Positions 9,226 to 17,601 of a stretch of 32,891 nucleotides of DNA are shown piece by piece (positions within the stretch are counted from its first letter, which is position 1; each line of letters begins with the position of its first letter). The stretch lies in contig JAEZHR010000356.1 of assembly GCA_023416415.1 (NCBI GenBank), forward strand, positions 1-32,891. Reading direction: 5' to 3'. The notes below the pieces were generated by a model that worked only from the letters and a program-made list of their open reading frames with translations, did no database searches and had not been told where the DNA came from. Position numbers and translations under genes: made by a program. This DNA is from Pseudomonadota bacterium (GTDB lineage: Bacteria > Pseudomonadota > Gammaproteobacteria > Burkholderiales > Burkholderiaceae_D).

Positions 9226-10260
9226 TCACCACTTCACGCACAGCACGGCGTCACCGGTCGTGACGTCCAGCGCCCGCCGCGCTGCTTCCTCCAGCCACAC
9301 TTCATGAGACAGGTCCGGCAGGCGGGCATCGGCAACCACCGCACGAAAACGATCTTCCCGTGCAGCGGCCACCAGCACGCGGCAGGACGGTGCAGCGAAC
9401 GGCGCCGGCGATTGCGCAAGCTCGCGTTGCGCGGCCTGCGCGAAGGTGCGCAGCGCGCTGCGGTGTGCTTGCAGAATGGGGCCACCATCGAAGATGTCCA
9501 CGTACTGGTTGGCCTCGAACCCTTCAACGGTGAGCAATGCGAACGGAAGCTCCGCCTCCGCATGCGCCTGTCCCAGCACGGCTTGCGCCTCCGCCGGAAG
9601 CAACGGCACGTAGACGGGATAGTGCGGCATCAGCTCGACGATCACCGTGCGGTCGCGCGCACCTTCGATCATGCGTTCAGCCTGCAAGAAGTCCATCCTG
9701 AAGAACTTGCGCCCGAGCGCCTCCCAGATCGGTGAACGGCCATCCTGATCGGTGACGCCAGCCATCGACGAAAAAATCCGTTCGGAGAAACGCTGCGGTT
9801 CGAGCGCCGCAAACAGAAGGCGTGCACGCGAGAGCAAAGCCGCCGCACCTGTGGCAATGTTGTCTGCATCGTCCCCGGTCAATACGAAGCCCGAAAGCTG
9901 CGAACAGGCGGTCAGGTCGGATGACAGCGTGAGCGCCTGCACGCAATGCTTGATGTCGAGATCGCGCGAGGCCTGGTGCAGGATGTCACGTCGGAACGCG
10001 AGAAAGCGGCCACGCGCGCCCGCCGTGGCCGAGAAGGTCGCACAGCCTGCAATGTCGCCGTCAGGCTTTTCCAGAACGAACATATAGGATTCTGCACCGG
10101 GCACATCGGGCACCGAGGCGAACGATTCCTCCGATGCGTCGACCGCCCCCGCCATGCCGCTGCGCGAACGCGGCAGGGTGTGCGCGCTGCGCGGCGCGAT
10201 TTCGGCAAGCGCTGCCAGCGCGTCGAGATCGTCGATGGCAGCGGGACGCACGCGGAACAT
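9226..10260 (-). CDS. aruF: Arginine/ornithine succinyltransferase alpha (AruF-type) subunit
   Basis: AstA-paralog motifs (LLSRARLLF, ELMPHYPVYVPLLP, YVDIFDGGP) directly upstream of astA, as in aruF-aruG operons. Confidence 0.88.
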   Translation of the reverse strand: MFRVRPAAIDDLDALAALAEIAPRSAHTLPRSRSGMAGAVDASEESFASVPDVPGAESYMFVLEKPDGDIAGCATFSATAGARGRFLAFRRDILHQASRDLDIKHCVQALTLSSDLTACSQLSGFVLTGDDADNIATGAAALLSRARLLFAALEPQRFSERIFSSMAGVTDQDGRSPIWEALGRKFFRMDFLQAERMIEGARDRTVIVELMPHYPVYVPLLPAEAQAVLGQAHAEAELPFALLTVEGFEANQYVDIFDGGPILQAHRSALRTFAQAAQRELAQSPAPFAAPSCRVLVAAAREDRFRAVVADARLPDLSHEVWLEEAARRALDVTTGDAVLCVKW

Positions 10261-10267
10261 CACGCCC

Positions 10268-11500
10268 TCAGGTCGTCAGCAGTCGTTCGACCGCGCGCTG
10301 CAAGCGCTGCCCCGCTTCCTCGATCTGGACGTCGGAAATCACCAGTGCAGGCAGCAGGCGAACGACATTCGGGCCGGCGGTCAGCACCAGCACGCCCTCC
10401 TCTTCGGCTGCAAAAACCACATCGCGCGCCCGTCCACGCCATCCATCGGCCATCACCACCCCCAGCATCAGTCCCTTGCCGCGCACTTCGTAAAACATGT
10501 CCGGATGGGCTTTGACAATCGCTTCGAGCCGGAACGCCAGTTGCCGGCCCGCGTCACGCACACGCGCCAGAAATGCCGGTTGCGATACAGCCTGCAGCAC
10601 CGTCAGCGCCACGGTGGCGGCGAGCGGATTGCCACCATAGGTGCTGCCATGCGTCCCGGGGGTGAAAGCCATCGCGATGGCCTCGGTGGTCAGCATCGCG
10701 CCGATTGGAAAGCCGTTTCCGAGCGCCTTTGCGGAGGTCAGGATATCGGGCGTGACGCCATAGCCCATGTAGGCGAAAAGATCTCCGGTGCGGCCCATGC
10801 CGCACTGGACTTCGTCGAAGATCAGCAAGGCACCGTGGACGTCGCACAGTTCACGCAGATACAGCAACCATGCAGGGTCGGCCGGCTGCACACCGCCTTC
10901 GCCCTGGATCGGTTCAACCACCAGCGCGCACACGTCCTCGCCCATGGCAGCACGCGCCGCATCCTTGTCATTGAACGGGATGTGCTCGATGGCCGGCGGA
11001 AGCGGCTCGAAACCTTCCGTGTACTTGGATTGACCGCCGACGGAAACTGTAAACAGTGTTCTTCCATGGAAGGCATTCAGGCAGGAAACAATGCGCGACT
11101 TGTGCGGACCGAAGCGCTTTTGCGCATGTATGCGCGCCAGCTTGAGCGCCGCTTCGTTGGCTTCCGCACCGGAATTGCAAAAGAATGCGCGCTCGGCGAA
11201 GCAGGCGTCTACGAGCGCACGCGCCAGGCGCAGCACCGGTTCGTTCGTGAAAACATTGCCGCAGTGCCACAGGCGCTCGGCCTGCTCGCGCAATGCATGA
11301 ACCGCAGGCGGCCAGACATGCCCCATGCCGGTGACACCGATTCCAGCGGTAAGGTCCAAAAAGTGGCGGCCGGCCTGATCCCACAGGTCGAGTCCGCTGC
11401 CACGCACCGGCACCACTTCGCTGGGCGAGAACACCGGCACCATGACTTCGCCAAAGGTTCGGCGTGTGACGTCCTCACCGGATTGCTGAGGGGCATTCAT
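10268..11500 (-). CDS. astC: Succinylornithine/acetylornithine aminotransferase (class III PLP)
   Basis: CNSGAEANEAALKLAR, AFHGRT, FDEVQCGMGRTG and SAKALGNGFPIG (PLP lysine). AAGGAG RBS before ATG 11500; ast context. Confidence 0.92.
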   Translation of the reverse strand: MNAPQQSGEDVTRRTFGEVMVPVFSPSEVVPVRGSGLDLWDQAGRHFLDLTAGIGVTGMGHVWPPAVHALREQAERLWHCGNVFTNEPVLRLARALVDACFAERAFFCNSGAEANEAALKLARIHAQKRFGPHKSRIVSCLNAFHGRTLFTVSVGGQSKYTEGFEPLPPAIEHIPFNDKDAARAAMGEDVCALVVEPIQGEGGVQPADPAWLLYLRELCDVHGALLIFDEVQCGMGRTGDLFAYMGYGVTPDILTSAKALGNGFPIGAMLTTEAIAMAFTPGTHGSTYGGNPLAATVALTVLQAVSQPAFLARVRDAGRQLAFRLEAIVKAHPDMFYEVRGKGLMLGVVMADGWRGRARDVVFAAEEEGVLVLTAGPNVVRLLPALVISDVQIEEAGQRLQRAVERLLTT

Positions 11501-11611
11501 GACGACTCCTTGCGCGTTCGATTGCCGCCATGACAGGCAGCAACGGATGAACTTTTCACGTATCCGGAATTGACGCCGGGATTCAGGAAAAGTGCACCGC
11601 ATCCGACTCGC

Positions 11612-11824
11612 TCATGTCCTGATTCGAATGTCTGCCCCACAATCCGACGCCATTCCCGGTGGCTCGCTGCATCCCGCAAGGTCGCGCGTGTTCCTAATCA
11701 GCGGATCGCCGCCGGTGATGAACACTTCGCGCACTGCACGATGACGCTTCAGGTAGCGCATGAAATCGGCGCTCTCGCGCGCATCAAACTCGGGCATCGA
11801 TGGCCCGGATGATGCTGCGCTCAT
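11612..11824 (-). pseudogene. Internally deleted relic of a KamA-family (lysine 2,3-aminomutase-like) radical SAM gene
   Basis: AGGAGA RBS and ATG 11824 open a 70-aa frame: MSAASSGPSMPEFDARESADFMRYLKRHRAVREVFITGGDPLIRNTRDLAG...IRIRT*. The YL..H..V.EV.ITGGDPL and IRIxT elements are KamA core motifs. The CxxxCxxC motif and the PLP region are absent. Confidence 0.72.
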
Positions 11825-12061
11825 CACATCTCCTGCGGATTGGCGAAACGGGAGACGGCTCCACCATCGCAAGCGTTCGGAACACACGCGGATTTGTGCG
11901 AATCGAAATTCACACTTGTCGTTCTTGCATGCCCGGCGTGAGGGGATTAACCTTGCCTCGCCAGCGCAGCTTTCGCAACGAGCGAAGCTTCGTGGTGATG
12001 AGCGTAGTGATGCTGCACAAACGATATGAATGCGCGAGGTTCTGCGCTGAGGGAATGAGCC

Positions 12062-12994
12062 ATGAGAAGAAAAATCCCGGGCATGGAAGCCCTGATTGCA
12101 TTCGAATGCGCGGCCCGTCATCTGAGCTTCACGCGCAGCGGCGATGAGCTCGCGCTAACGCAGAGTGCTGTTAGCCGGCAGATTGCGGCGCTCGAAGATT
12201 TTCTCGGCGTGCCGCTGTTCAATCGCGTCAAGAAACGCCTGTCTCTCACCGATGCCGGTCAGGTCTACGCACAGCAGATCCGCACGCACCTGGAGCACAT
12301 CGAGCGCGACACATTGGCGGCAATGGCGCATCAGGGGGCCGGCGGCATCCTGGAGCTGGCCGTTATTCCAACCTTCGCCACCCGGTGGCTGATTCCGCGT
12401 CTGCCCGATTTCTATGCCCGCAACAAGCACATCACGCTGAACTTCACCACGCGGGCCGAGCCTTTCCTGTTCAACGACACGCCCTTCGACGCGGCCATCC
12501 ATTTTGGTGATTCCGTCTGGCCGGGTGCGATCACGCATCCGTTGTTCGGCGAGGAAATGACGCCGGTATGTCATCCGCGGCTGCTTGCCGGGCGGGAGGT
12601 CGCGCCGGCAGACCTGGCCGGGCTCACCCTGCTGCATCAATCGGCACGCCCGGAAGCCTGGCGCCACTGGTTTGCGCAAGCGGGCGTGCATGAGGCCGAC
12701 TGCATGAAAGGCCAGCGCTACGAATTCTTCTCGATGCTGGTGGAGGCGGCCCGCGCCGGACTGGGCGTCGCCCTGCTGCCGCGCTTCTTCGTGCTTTCCG
12801 AACTGGCCAACGGCGAGCTGGTCATTCCCTGCGACATCGCGCTGCAGAATGACAAGGGCTACCACCTCGTCTACCCCGAACACAAGCAGAGCTCGCCCTT
12901 GCTGAATGCCTTCAAGGCCTGGTTGCTGGAGACGGCACACCAGTACTGCGAGGCCGACAAGAACCAGGCCTCGCTTGTGATTCGCGCGGCATGA
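12062..12994 (+). CDS. LysR-family regulator, GcvA/GcdR-like
   Basis: MRRKIP...AFECAARHLSFTRSGDELALTQSAVSRQIAALE HTH and a PTFATRWLIPRL substrate domain; divergent from the kamA-relic/ast cluster. Confidence 0.93.
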   Translation: MRRKIPGMEALIAFECAARHLSFTRSGDELALTQSAVSRQIAALEDFLGVPLFNRVKKRLSLTDAGQVYAQQIRTHLEHIERDTLAAMAHQGAGGILELAVIPTFATRWLIPRLPDFYARNKHITLNFTTRAEPFLFNDTPFDAAIHFGDSVWPGAITHPLFGEEMTPVCHPRLLAGREVAPADLAGLTLLHQSARPEAWRHWFAQAGVHEADCMKGQRYEFFSMLVEAARAGLGVALLPRFFVLSELANGELVIPCDIALQNDKGYHLVYPEHKQSSPLLNAFKAWLLETAHQYCEADKNQASLVIRAA

Positions 12995-13158
12995 AGCACG
13001 GCCCCCGTCCGCATCGCCAGCGGCGTGCAAGCTTTCTCGGCTTCGATTATCTTGAGACCGGCAAAGCAATACTGAATCGAATCAATGCTGCCGTCCACGG
13101 CACCGCACGAAGGGTCGTGCGCCCTGGATGAGCACACAATATCGCCCCCTGGAGCTCC

Positions 13159-13500
13159 ATGCATTCCGTCACTGAATCGAAGAAGAGTCACCTCTGGCGC
13201 AAGATCGTCTGGCACACTGATCCGGAGGTCTCACCGCTCGGCCCCTACCATTCGGTCGAAATCTACTGCTGCGAAGAGGCCAACGGCTATGCCGTCTGGT
13301 ATGTGCGCAAGCTGGGCAAGGACAATGGGCGCGGCGTGCACGGCATGGAGAACGGCGACTACCTGCTGCACTACTATCCGAAATCGCGACGCGACGATGC
13401 GATCGAACGCGCAGTACTGCTCGCCAACAGCGATCCCGACGCGGACCGGGTGATCGTGCAGCTGGACGAACTGGCTCAGACCGTGCAGCGCGTCGGTTAA
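13159..13500 (+). CDS. Hypothetical protein (113 aa)
   Basis: GGAG RBS, typical high-GC3 codon use and globular composition; fills the gap up to the convergent srkA. Confidence 0.8.
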   Translation: MHSVTESKKSHLWRKIVWHTDPEVSPLGPYHSVEIYCCEEANGYAVWYVRKLGKDNGRGVHGMENGDYLLHYYPKSRRDDAIERAVLLANSDPDADRVIVQLDELAQTVQRVG

Positions 13501-13516
13501 TCGGGATCGCTGCCTT

Positions 13517-14503
13517 TCAGACCCGTAGCGGCGGCTCCTGCATCAGCGCGACTTGCTCGCGCAGCTCCAGCACGCGATCCTGCCAGTAGCGCTGGGTGTT
13601 GAACCAGGGGAAGGCCACCGGAAATGCCGGATCGTGCCAGCGCCGTGCGATCCAGGCCGAGTAATGCATCAGGCGCAGCGTACGCAAGGCCTCGATCAGG
13701 TGCAGCTCGCGCGGGTCGAATGCGAAAAAGTCTTCGTAACCGGCCAGTACGTCGGCCAGCTGACGTGTCATGTCGCCGCGCTCGCCCGACAGCAGCATCC
13801 ACAGATCCTGCACTGCCGGCCCCATGCGGCTGTCGTCGAGGTCGACGAAATGCGGCCCGGCGTCCGTCCAAAGCACGTTTCCGGTATGGCAGTCGCCGTG
13901 CAGGCGCAGCAGTCGCACGTCGCCAGCTCGCTGGTAGCACGCACGCACGCCGTCCAGCGCCTGGCGCGCCACGCTTTCATAGGCCGGCCGCAGATCCGCC
14001 GGCAGGAAATCATGCTCCAGCAACCAATCCAGTGAATCTTCGCCAAAACTCGTCACATCCAGAACCGGACGCGCTTCGAAAGGCCGCTTCGCGCCAATGG
14101 AATGAATGCGACCAAGGAGGCGTCCGATCCATTCCAGCACCGCGCTGTCTTCAAGCTCTGGGGCACGCCCGCCCTGGCGCGCATACACTGCAAAGCGATA
14201 TCCCTCGTATCGATGCAGCGTTGCGCCGGCGAAGGAAAGTGGCGGCACCGCTGGAATCTCGGCGCCGGCCAACTCGGCGGCGAACGCGTGCTCTTCAAGA
14301 ATGGCGGCGTCGCTCCAGCGTTGCGGACGGTAAAACTTGACGACCACCGGCAGCCCCTCTTCCATGCCGACCTGATAGACGCGGTTCTCGTAGCTGTTGA
14401 GCGCCAGCAGCCGCCCGTCGCCGTGCAGTTCCAGGCTGGCGAGCGCGTCGAGGACGAGATCCGGCGAGAGCCGTTCGTAGTTCTGTTGTTCTAAAGCGTC
14501 CAT
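13517..14503 (-). CDS. srkA: Stress response Ser/Thr kinase SrkA (RdoA/YihE)
   Basis: LNSYENRVY, VVKFYRPQRWS, LHGDCHTGN, DLDD and AFPWFNTQRYW motifs. Confidence 0.95.
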   Translation of the reverse strand: MDALEQQNYERLSPDLVLDALASLELHGDGRLLALNSYENRVYQVGMEEGLPVVVKFYRPQRWSDAAILEEHAFAAELAGAEIPAVPPLSFAGATLHRYEGYRFAVYARQGGRAPELEDSAVLEWIGRLLGRIHSIGAKRPFEARPVLDVTSFGEDSLDWLLEHDFLPADLRPAYESVARQALDGVRACYQRAGDVRLLRLHGDCHTGNVLWTDAGPHFVDLDDSRMGPAVQDLWMLLSGERGDMTRQLADVLAGYEDFFAFDPRELHLIEALRTLRLMHYSAWIARRWHDPAFPVAFPWFNTQRYWQDRVLELREQVALMQEPPLRV

Positions 14504-14683
14504 GTCCTTGATTTTCGGTGCCGCTTGCTACGCCCAATAGGGCTTCTCATGTTCAGGAGCGCAGCTAGCAAGCGTTCGAGCTTAGCGCCATCTGTGCGAA
14601 CGTGCTCGGTACGGCACAAAAAGGCGGAACAACATCGCCCGGAGGGTTAAACTGGCACCCCCGCAATACGACCGCACCGCGCC

Positions 14684-15373
14684 ATGTATCTCGACTCCCC
14701 CCTCTCAGACAAGGAATTTCAGGAACTCGACCAATTCCTGCTGTCCGACCGCTGTGCCGACGACGGCATGACCATGGACTCGCTTCATGGCTTTCTGACC
14801 GCGCTGGCGATCGGTCCCGAGGAAGTGCCGATGCAGGAATGGTTGCCGCTGGTGTGGGGCGCCTATGGCGACAAGGGGCCACCATTCAGGAACGAGAAGG
14901 AAGCAAAGCGCATTACCGGCCTGATCGCACGCTTCATGAACGAGGTCCTGACGACCTTTTCCGTGGCACCGAAGGACTTCGAACCGCTTTACTGCGAGCA
15001 CGAATTCGAAGGCCGCACGCTGGTTGACGGCGACGCCTGGGCCTGGGGTTTCTGGGAAGGCATGCAATTGCGCGCCGACGCCTGGGAACCGATCCATGCC
15101 TCCAACATCGCACCGTTGCTGCGTCCGATCTATTTGCTCGGCGCGGATGAAATCGAGGAAGACGAAGAAGAGCTGGTAGACAATCCGGCCAAGCGGCACC
15201 GGCTGGCGATCGAGGTGGAAGCGGCCATTCCGCACATCCACAAGTTCTGGCAGCCGTTGCGCAAGTCAGCCGTGCAGCAGGTTCAGCGCGGCACGCCCAA
15301 GACCGGACGCAATGCCCCCTGTCCCTGCGGAAGCGGAAAGAAGTTCAAGACATGCTGCGGAGCCGCCGAATAA
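14684..15373 (+). CDS. yecA: YecA/UPF0149 family protein with a C-terminal SEC-C motif
   Basis: [12 protein letters not shown] and WAWGFWEG motifs; C-terminal [18 protein letters not shown]. Confidence 0.9.
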   Translation: MYLDSPLSDKEFQELDQFLLSDRCADDGMTMDSLHGFLTALAIGPEEVPMQEWLPLVWGAYGDKGPPFRNEKEAKRITGLIARFMNEVLTTFSVAPKDFEPLYCEHEFEGRTLVDGDAWAWGFWEGMQLRADAWEPIHASNIAPLLRPIYLLGADEIEEDEEELVDNPAKRHRLAIEVEAAIPHIHKFWQPLRKSAVQQVQRGTPKTGRNAPCPCGSGKKFKTCCGAAE

Positions 15374-15409
15374 GCGTCGGGTGACAGTACCGGCCGGCCC
15401 CGCGTCCGC

Positions 15410-15919
15410 TCACATCCGCGGTGTCACGTGCACGCGCACCGGGAGCCGCTTGCCCGGATCGTAGGGCAGCACGGCGGTTTCCGTTACGCCCTTGTATTCA
15501 TAGGTCACCACATAGCCGTTGGCGCGCGACTGCCAGTTGTCGACCGTGCGGCAACGCTGCACCGGCTGGGAGTCGGTTACGACGCCGCCTGCCTGGTTGT
15601 TCTGCACGCGATCGCCGACGATCGCCCCTGCGATTGCTCCGGCAGCCGTCGCTGCCGTCTTGCCGCTGCCACCACCGACCTGGTTGCCGAGGAGGCCGCC
15701 GGCAATGCCGCCGATGATCGATCCGCTTACACCACGATCCTGCTGGCGCTGGACCTGCACATACTCGGTCACACACTCCTGGCGTGGATGATTGACTTGT
15801 TCGTACTGCGGCGTAACGCTGACTACGCGCGCATAGTCGTCAAAGTCGGCCGCCTGCACGACGAAGGGTGCGGCGACGAGACAGAGCGCAAACGCGCCAC
15901 GCTGAATTTGGACGTTCAT
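15410..15919 (-). CDS. Exported glycine-zipper 2TM protein (YcfJ-like)
   Basis: GAGGAG RBS, signal peptide ending VVQA, ARVVSVTP...EC, the GGIAGGLLGNQVGGGSGKTAATAAGAIAGAIVG zipper and YDPGKRLPVRV. Confidence 0.9.
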   Translation of the reverse strand: MNVQIQRGAFALCLVAAPFVVQAADFDDYARVVSVTPQYEQVNHPRQECVTEYVQVQRQQDRGVSGSIIGGIAGGLLGNQVGGGSGKTAATAAGAIAGAIVGDRVQNNQAGGVVTDSQPVQRCRTVDNWQSRANGYVVTYEYKGVTETAVLPYDPGKRLPVRVHVTPRM

Positions 15920-16185
15920 TTTCCCGCTCCTCTGTTGAATGTCTGGAACCCCATGGTAAGGGTTTGAAGAGGGGAAACGCTTTTGGGAAAGTAGGAATAT
16001 GTAACAGCCTGTTGCAACCCGCCTCCAGTGCACGCGTCATGTCCTCCGCTGGCCTTCATATCAGATTCGCGCACAATGCAATGCCCGGTCGATCACGTGC
16101 TGCCGCCCGTTCCACTCAAGGCCATTCGGCACCGCGCGGTCTCGTACCACGTCGCAATGTGCTGCCTGCATTCGCAGGTTTCCTG

Positions 16186-16226
16186 TTGACAGCTGTCAAA
16201 ACTGAGCCCGGCCGACTCTCTACCAT
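16186..16226 (+). promoter_or_regulatory. FNR/CRP-family palindrome TTGAC-AGCT-GTCAA with a downstream -10 (TACCAT), class II geometry
   Basis: Perfect 14-bp palindrome at 16186-16199. TACCAT at 16221-16226 puts the box centre about 41 bp upstream of the expected start site. Confidence 0.6.
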
Positions 16227-16273
16227 CGGTTCATGTTTCGCAACAAGCACCTATGCCATCAATGGAGAGATTC

Positions 16274-16528
16274 ATGCATCGAACTATCGCTGAACCAAAG
16301 CTCGCCGACGAAGGGGTGGCTTTTACCGTCGAGGTCGGATTCGCCGAACGCGAATGCCTGGTATCGAAGAACGCACTGGCCCAACTCGGGCGGCGCAAGG
16401 GCGACGCACTCGACCCGCTGTCGACCTACCGGATGTACGAAGACCAGATCCACAGCGTAGCTCGACGTCTGGTAGTCGCAGGGGTCAGCGGCTCGCCGCT
16501 GGTGCTTGGCGCAGCCTACTTCATCTGA
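16274..16528 (+). CDS. DUF1488-like small protein
   Basis: GGAGAG RBS before ATG 16274; GVAFTV...ECLVSKNAL...IHSVARR pattern of DUF1488 proteins. Confidence 0.78.
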   Translation: MHRTIAEPKLADEGVAFTVEVGFAERECLVSKNALAQLGRRKGDALDPLSTYRMYEDQIHSVARRLVVAGVSGSPLVLGAAYFI

Positions 16529-16642
16529 GCAAACGCAGGCCGCGCGCACCGGAGCGGGTGCATTCCTGCGAATTGTCAAAAAGATCAACAACGCAGATAC
16601 GCACAATAAGTCACAGATCGAACCACCTTGGGGAACCGCCAG

Positions 16643-16951
16643 ATGAACGAAACTAAAGAGACCGCCGCTTCCAAGCAATTTCAGTACGATCCAAACAACC
16701 TGCTCGAATCGTTGATCGAACGCTTGAACCTGAAGAACGACGCCGCTCTTTCCCGTGCATTGGAAGTGGCTCCTCCGCTCATCAGCAAGATTCGCCATCG
16801 CCGCCTGCCGGTCGGTGCGTCACTACTGATCCGCATGCACGAGGTCTCGCAGCTGAGCATCAAGGATCTGCGCGAACTCATGGGGGATCGCCGCACCAAG
16901 TTCCGTATCAGCGACAAGCAGTTCAAGCCGAAGCAGCCCAATCCTTCCTAA
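16643..16951 (+). CDS. Small XRE/Cro-like HTH protein of the Oxalobacteraceae 'LKNDAALSRALEVAPP' family
   Basis: YDPNNLL...LNLKNDAALSRALEVAPPLISKIRHRRLPVGASLLIRMHE has an HTH-like pattern; strong codon bias. Confidence 0.85.
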   Translation: MNETKETAASKQFQYDPNNLLESLIERLNLKNDAALSRALEVAPPLISKIRHRRLPVGASLLIRMHEVSQLSIKDLRELMGDRRTKFRISDKQFKPKQPNPS

Positions 16952-16959
16952 ACCGGAAG

Positions 16960-17024
16960 TTACCCACAGTAACTGTGGTCAAGTCTGTGGGCAAGGCTGT
17001 GAAGAGGTGGGCAAGTCGTTGATT
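16960..17024. promoter_or_regulatory. Cluster of DnaA-box-like 9-mers plus an IHF consensus site
   Basis: TTACCCACA (16960-16968, +), then TGTGGTCAA (16974-16982), TGTGGGCAA (16986-16994) and a weak TGTGAAGAG (16998) in the opposite orientation. AATCAACGACTTG on the minus strand (17012-17024) matches WATCAANNNNTTR exactly. Confidence 0.55.
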
Positions 17025-17109
17025 CGGAAGGTTTTTCCCTGCGCGGAAAAATAAACATCGACGCTATGCCGAAGCTGGTGCTGCGATAGCAGGGCGATCG
17101 AATGATGTC

Positions 17110-17176
17110 AAAAAAAAAGCCCGAAACCTTGCGATTTCGGGCTGAATCCAATTCTAGGAGAGTTGGAGGAGACAGG
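17110..17176 (-). ncRNA. Betaproteobacteria 'toxic' small RNA family member (anti-Shine-Dalgarno sRNA)
   Basis: Minus strand reads TGTCTCCTCCAACTCTCCTAGAATTGGATTC-AGCCCGAAA...TTTCGGGC-T-run. This gives a CU-rich seed and an intrinsic terminator, with a TATAGT -10 at 17181-17186. Confidence 0.8.
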
Positions 17177-17349
17177 TACAACTATAGCGCGCCGCCCATC
17201 CTCCGTCCGCTTTAGATTGGCAATGACAGTCATTCTCGCTCGGCATATCTGGGGTCATTCATCGGGTTCGAAGGCGCCGCCCGGCATGAGTTGGCGCAAG
17301 CCATCGCTGCCTGCGGCGGTTAGCATCGGCATGTCTATCAGGAGGCAGC

Positions 17350-17508
17350 ATGCCGCTCGTAAATGACGAACACCAAGTGCCGCCCGAACCGCCTCCGGGC
17401 GACGATCCGATGCCGGACAAGAACCCCTCCCCCGACGATGAACCGGTACCCGACCACCATCCCGTCGTAAAACCGGAGGAATGTGTACCGACGCATCTGA
17501 AGACCTGA
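17350..17508 (+). CDS. Pro/Asp-rich micropeptide (52 aa)
   Basis: AGGAGG RBS 4 nt before the ATG; MPLVNDEHQVPPEPPPGDDPMPDKNPSPDDEPVPDHHPVVKPEECVPTHLKT*. Shorter than any ORF listed in the track. Confidence 0.6.
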   Translation: MPLVNDEHQVPPEPPPGDDPMPDKNPSPDDEPVPDHHPVVKPEECVPTHLKT

Positions 17509-17601
17509 GACTGAACTGGCCGATCGCTGGCCGCATGCGCATGATCGCCCCTGCCGTGACCTTGCGGCGCGGTCGCCGCGCCCCATCACATCACTTACCG
17601 C

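Noticed and set aside
12995..13158. Hairpin (GCACGA-AGGG-TCGTGC) in the leader of the 113-aa gene, considered as a riboswitch
   Set aside because: No conserved riboswitch core motifs recognised.
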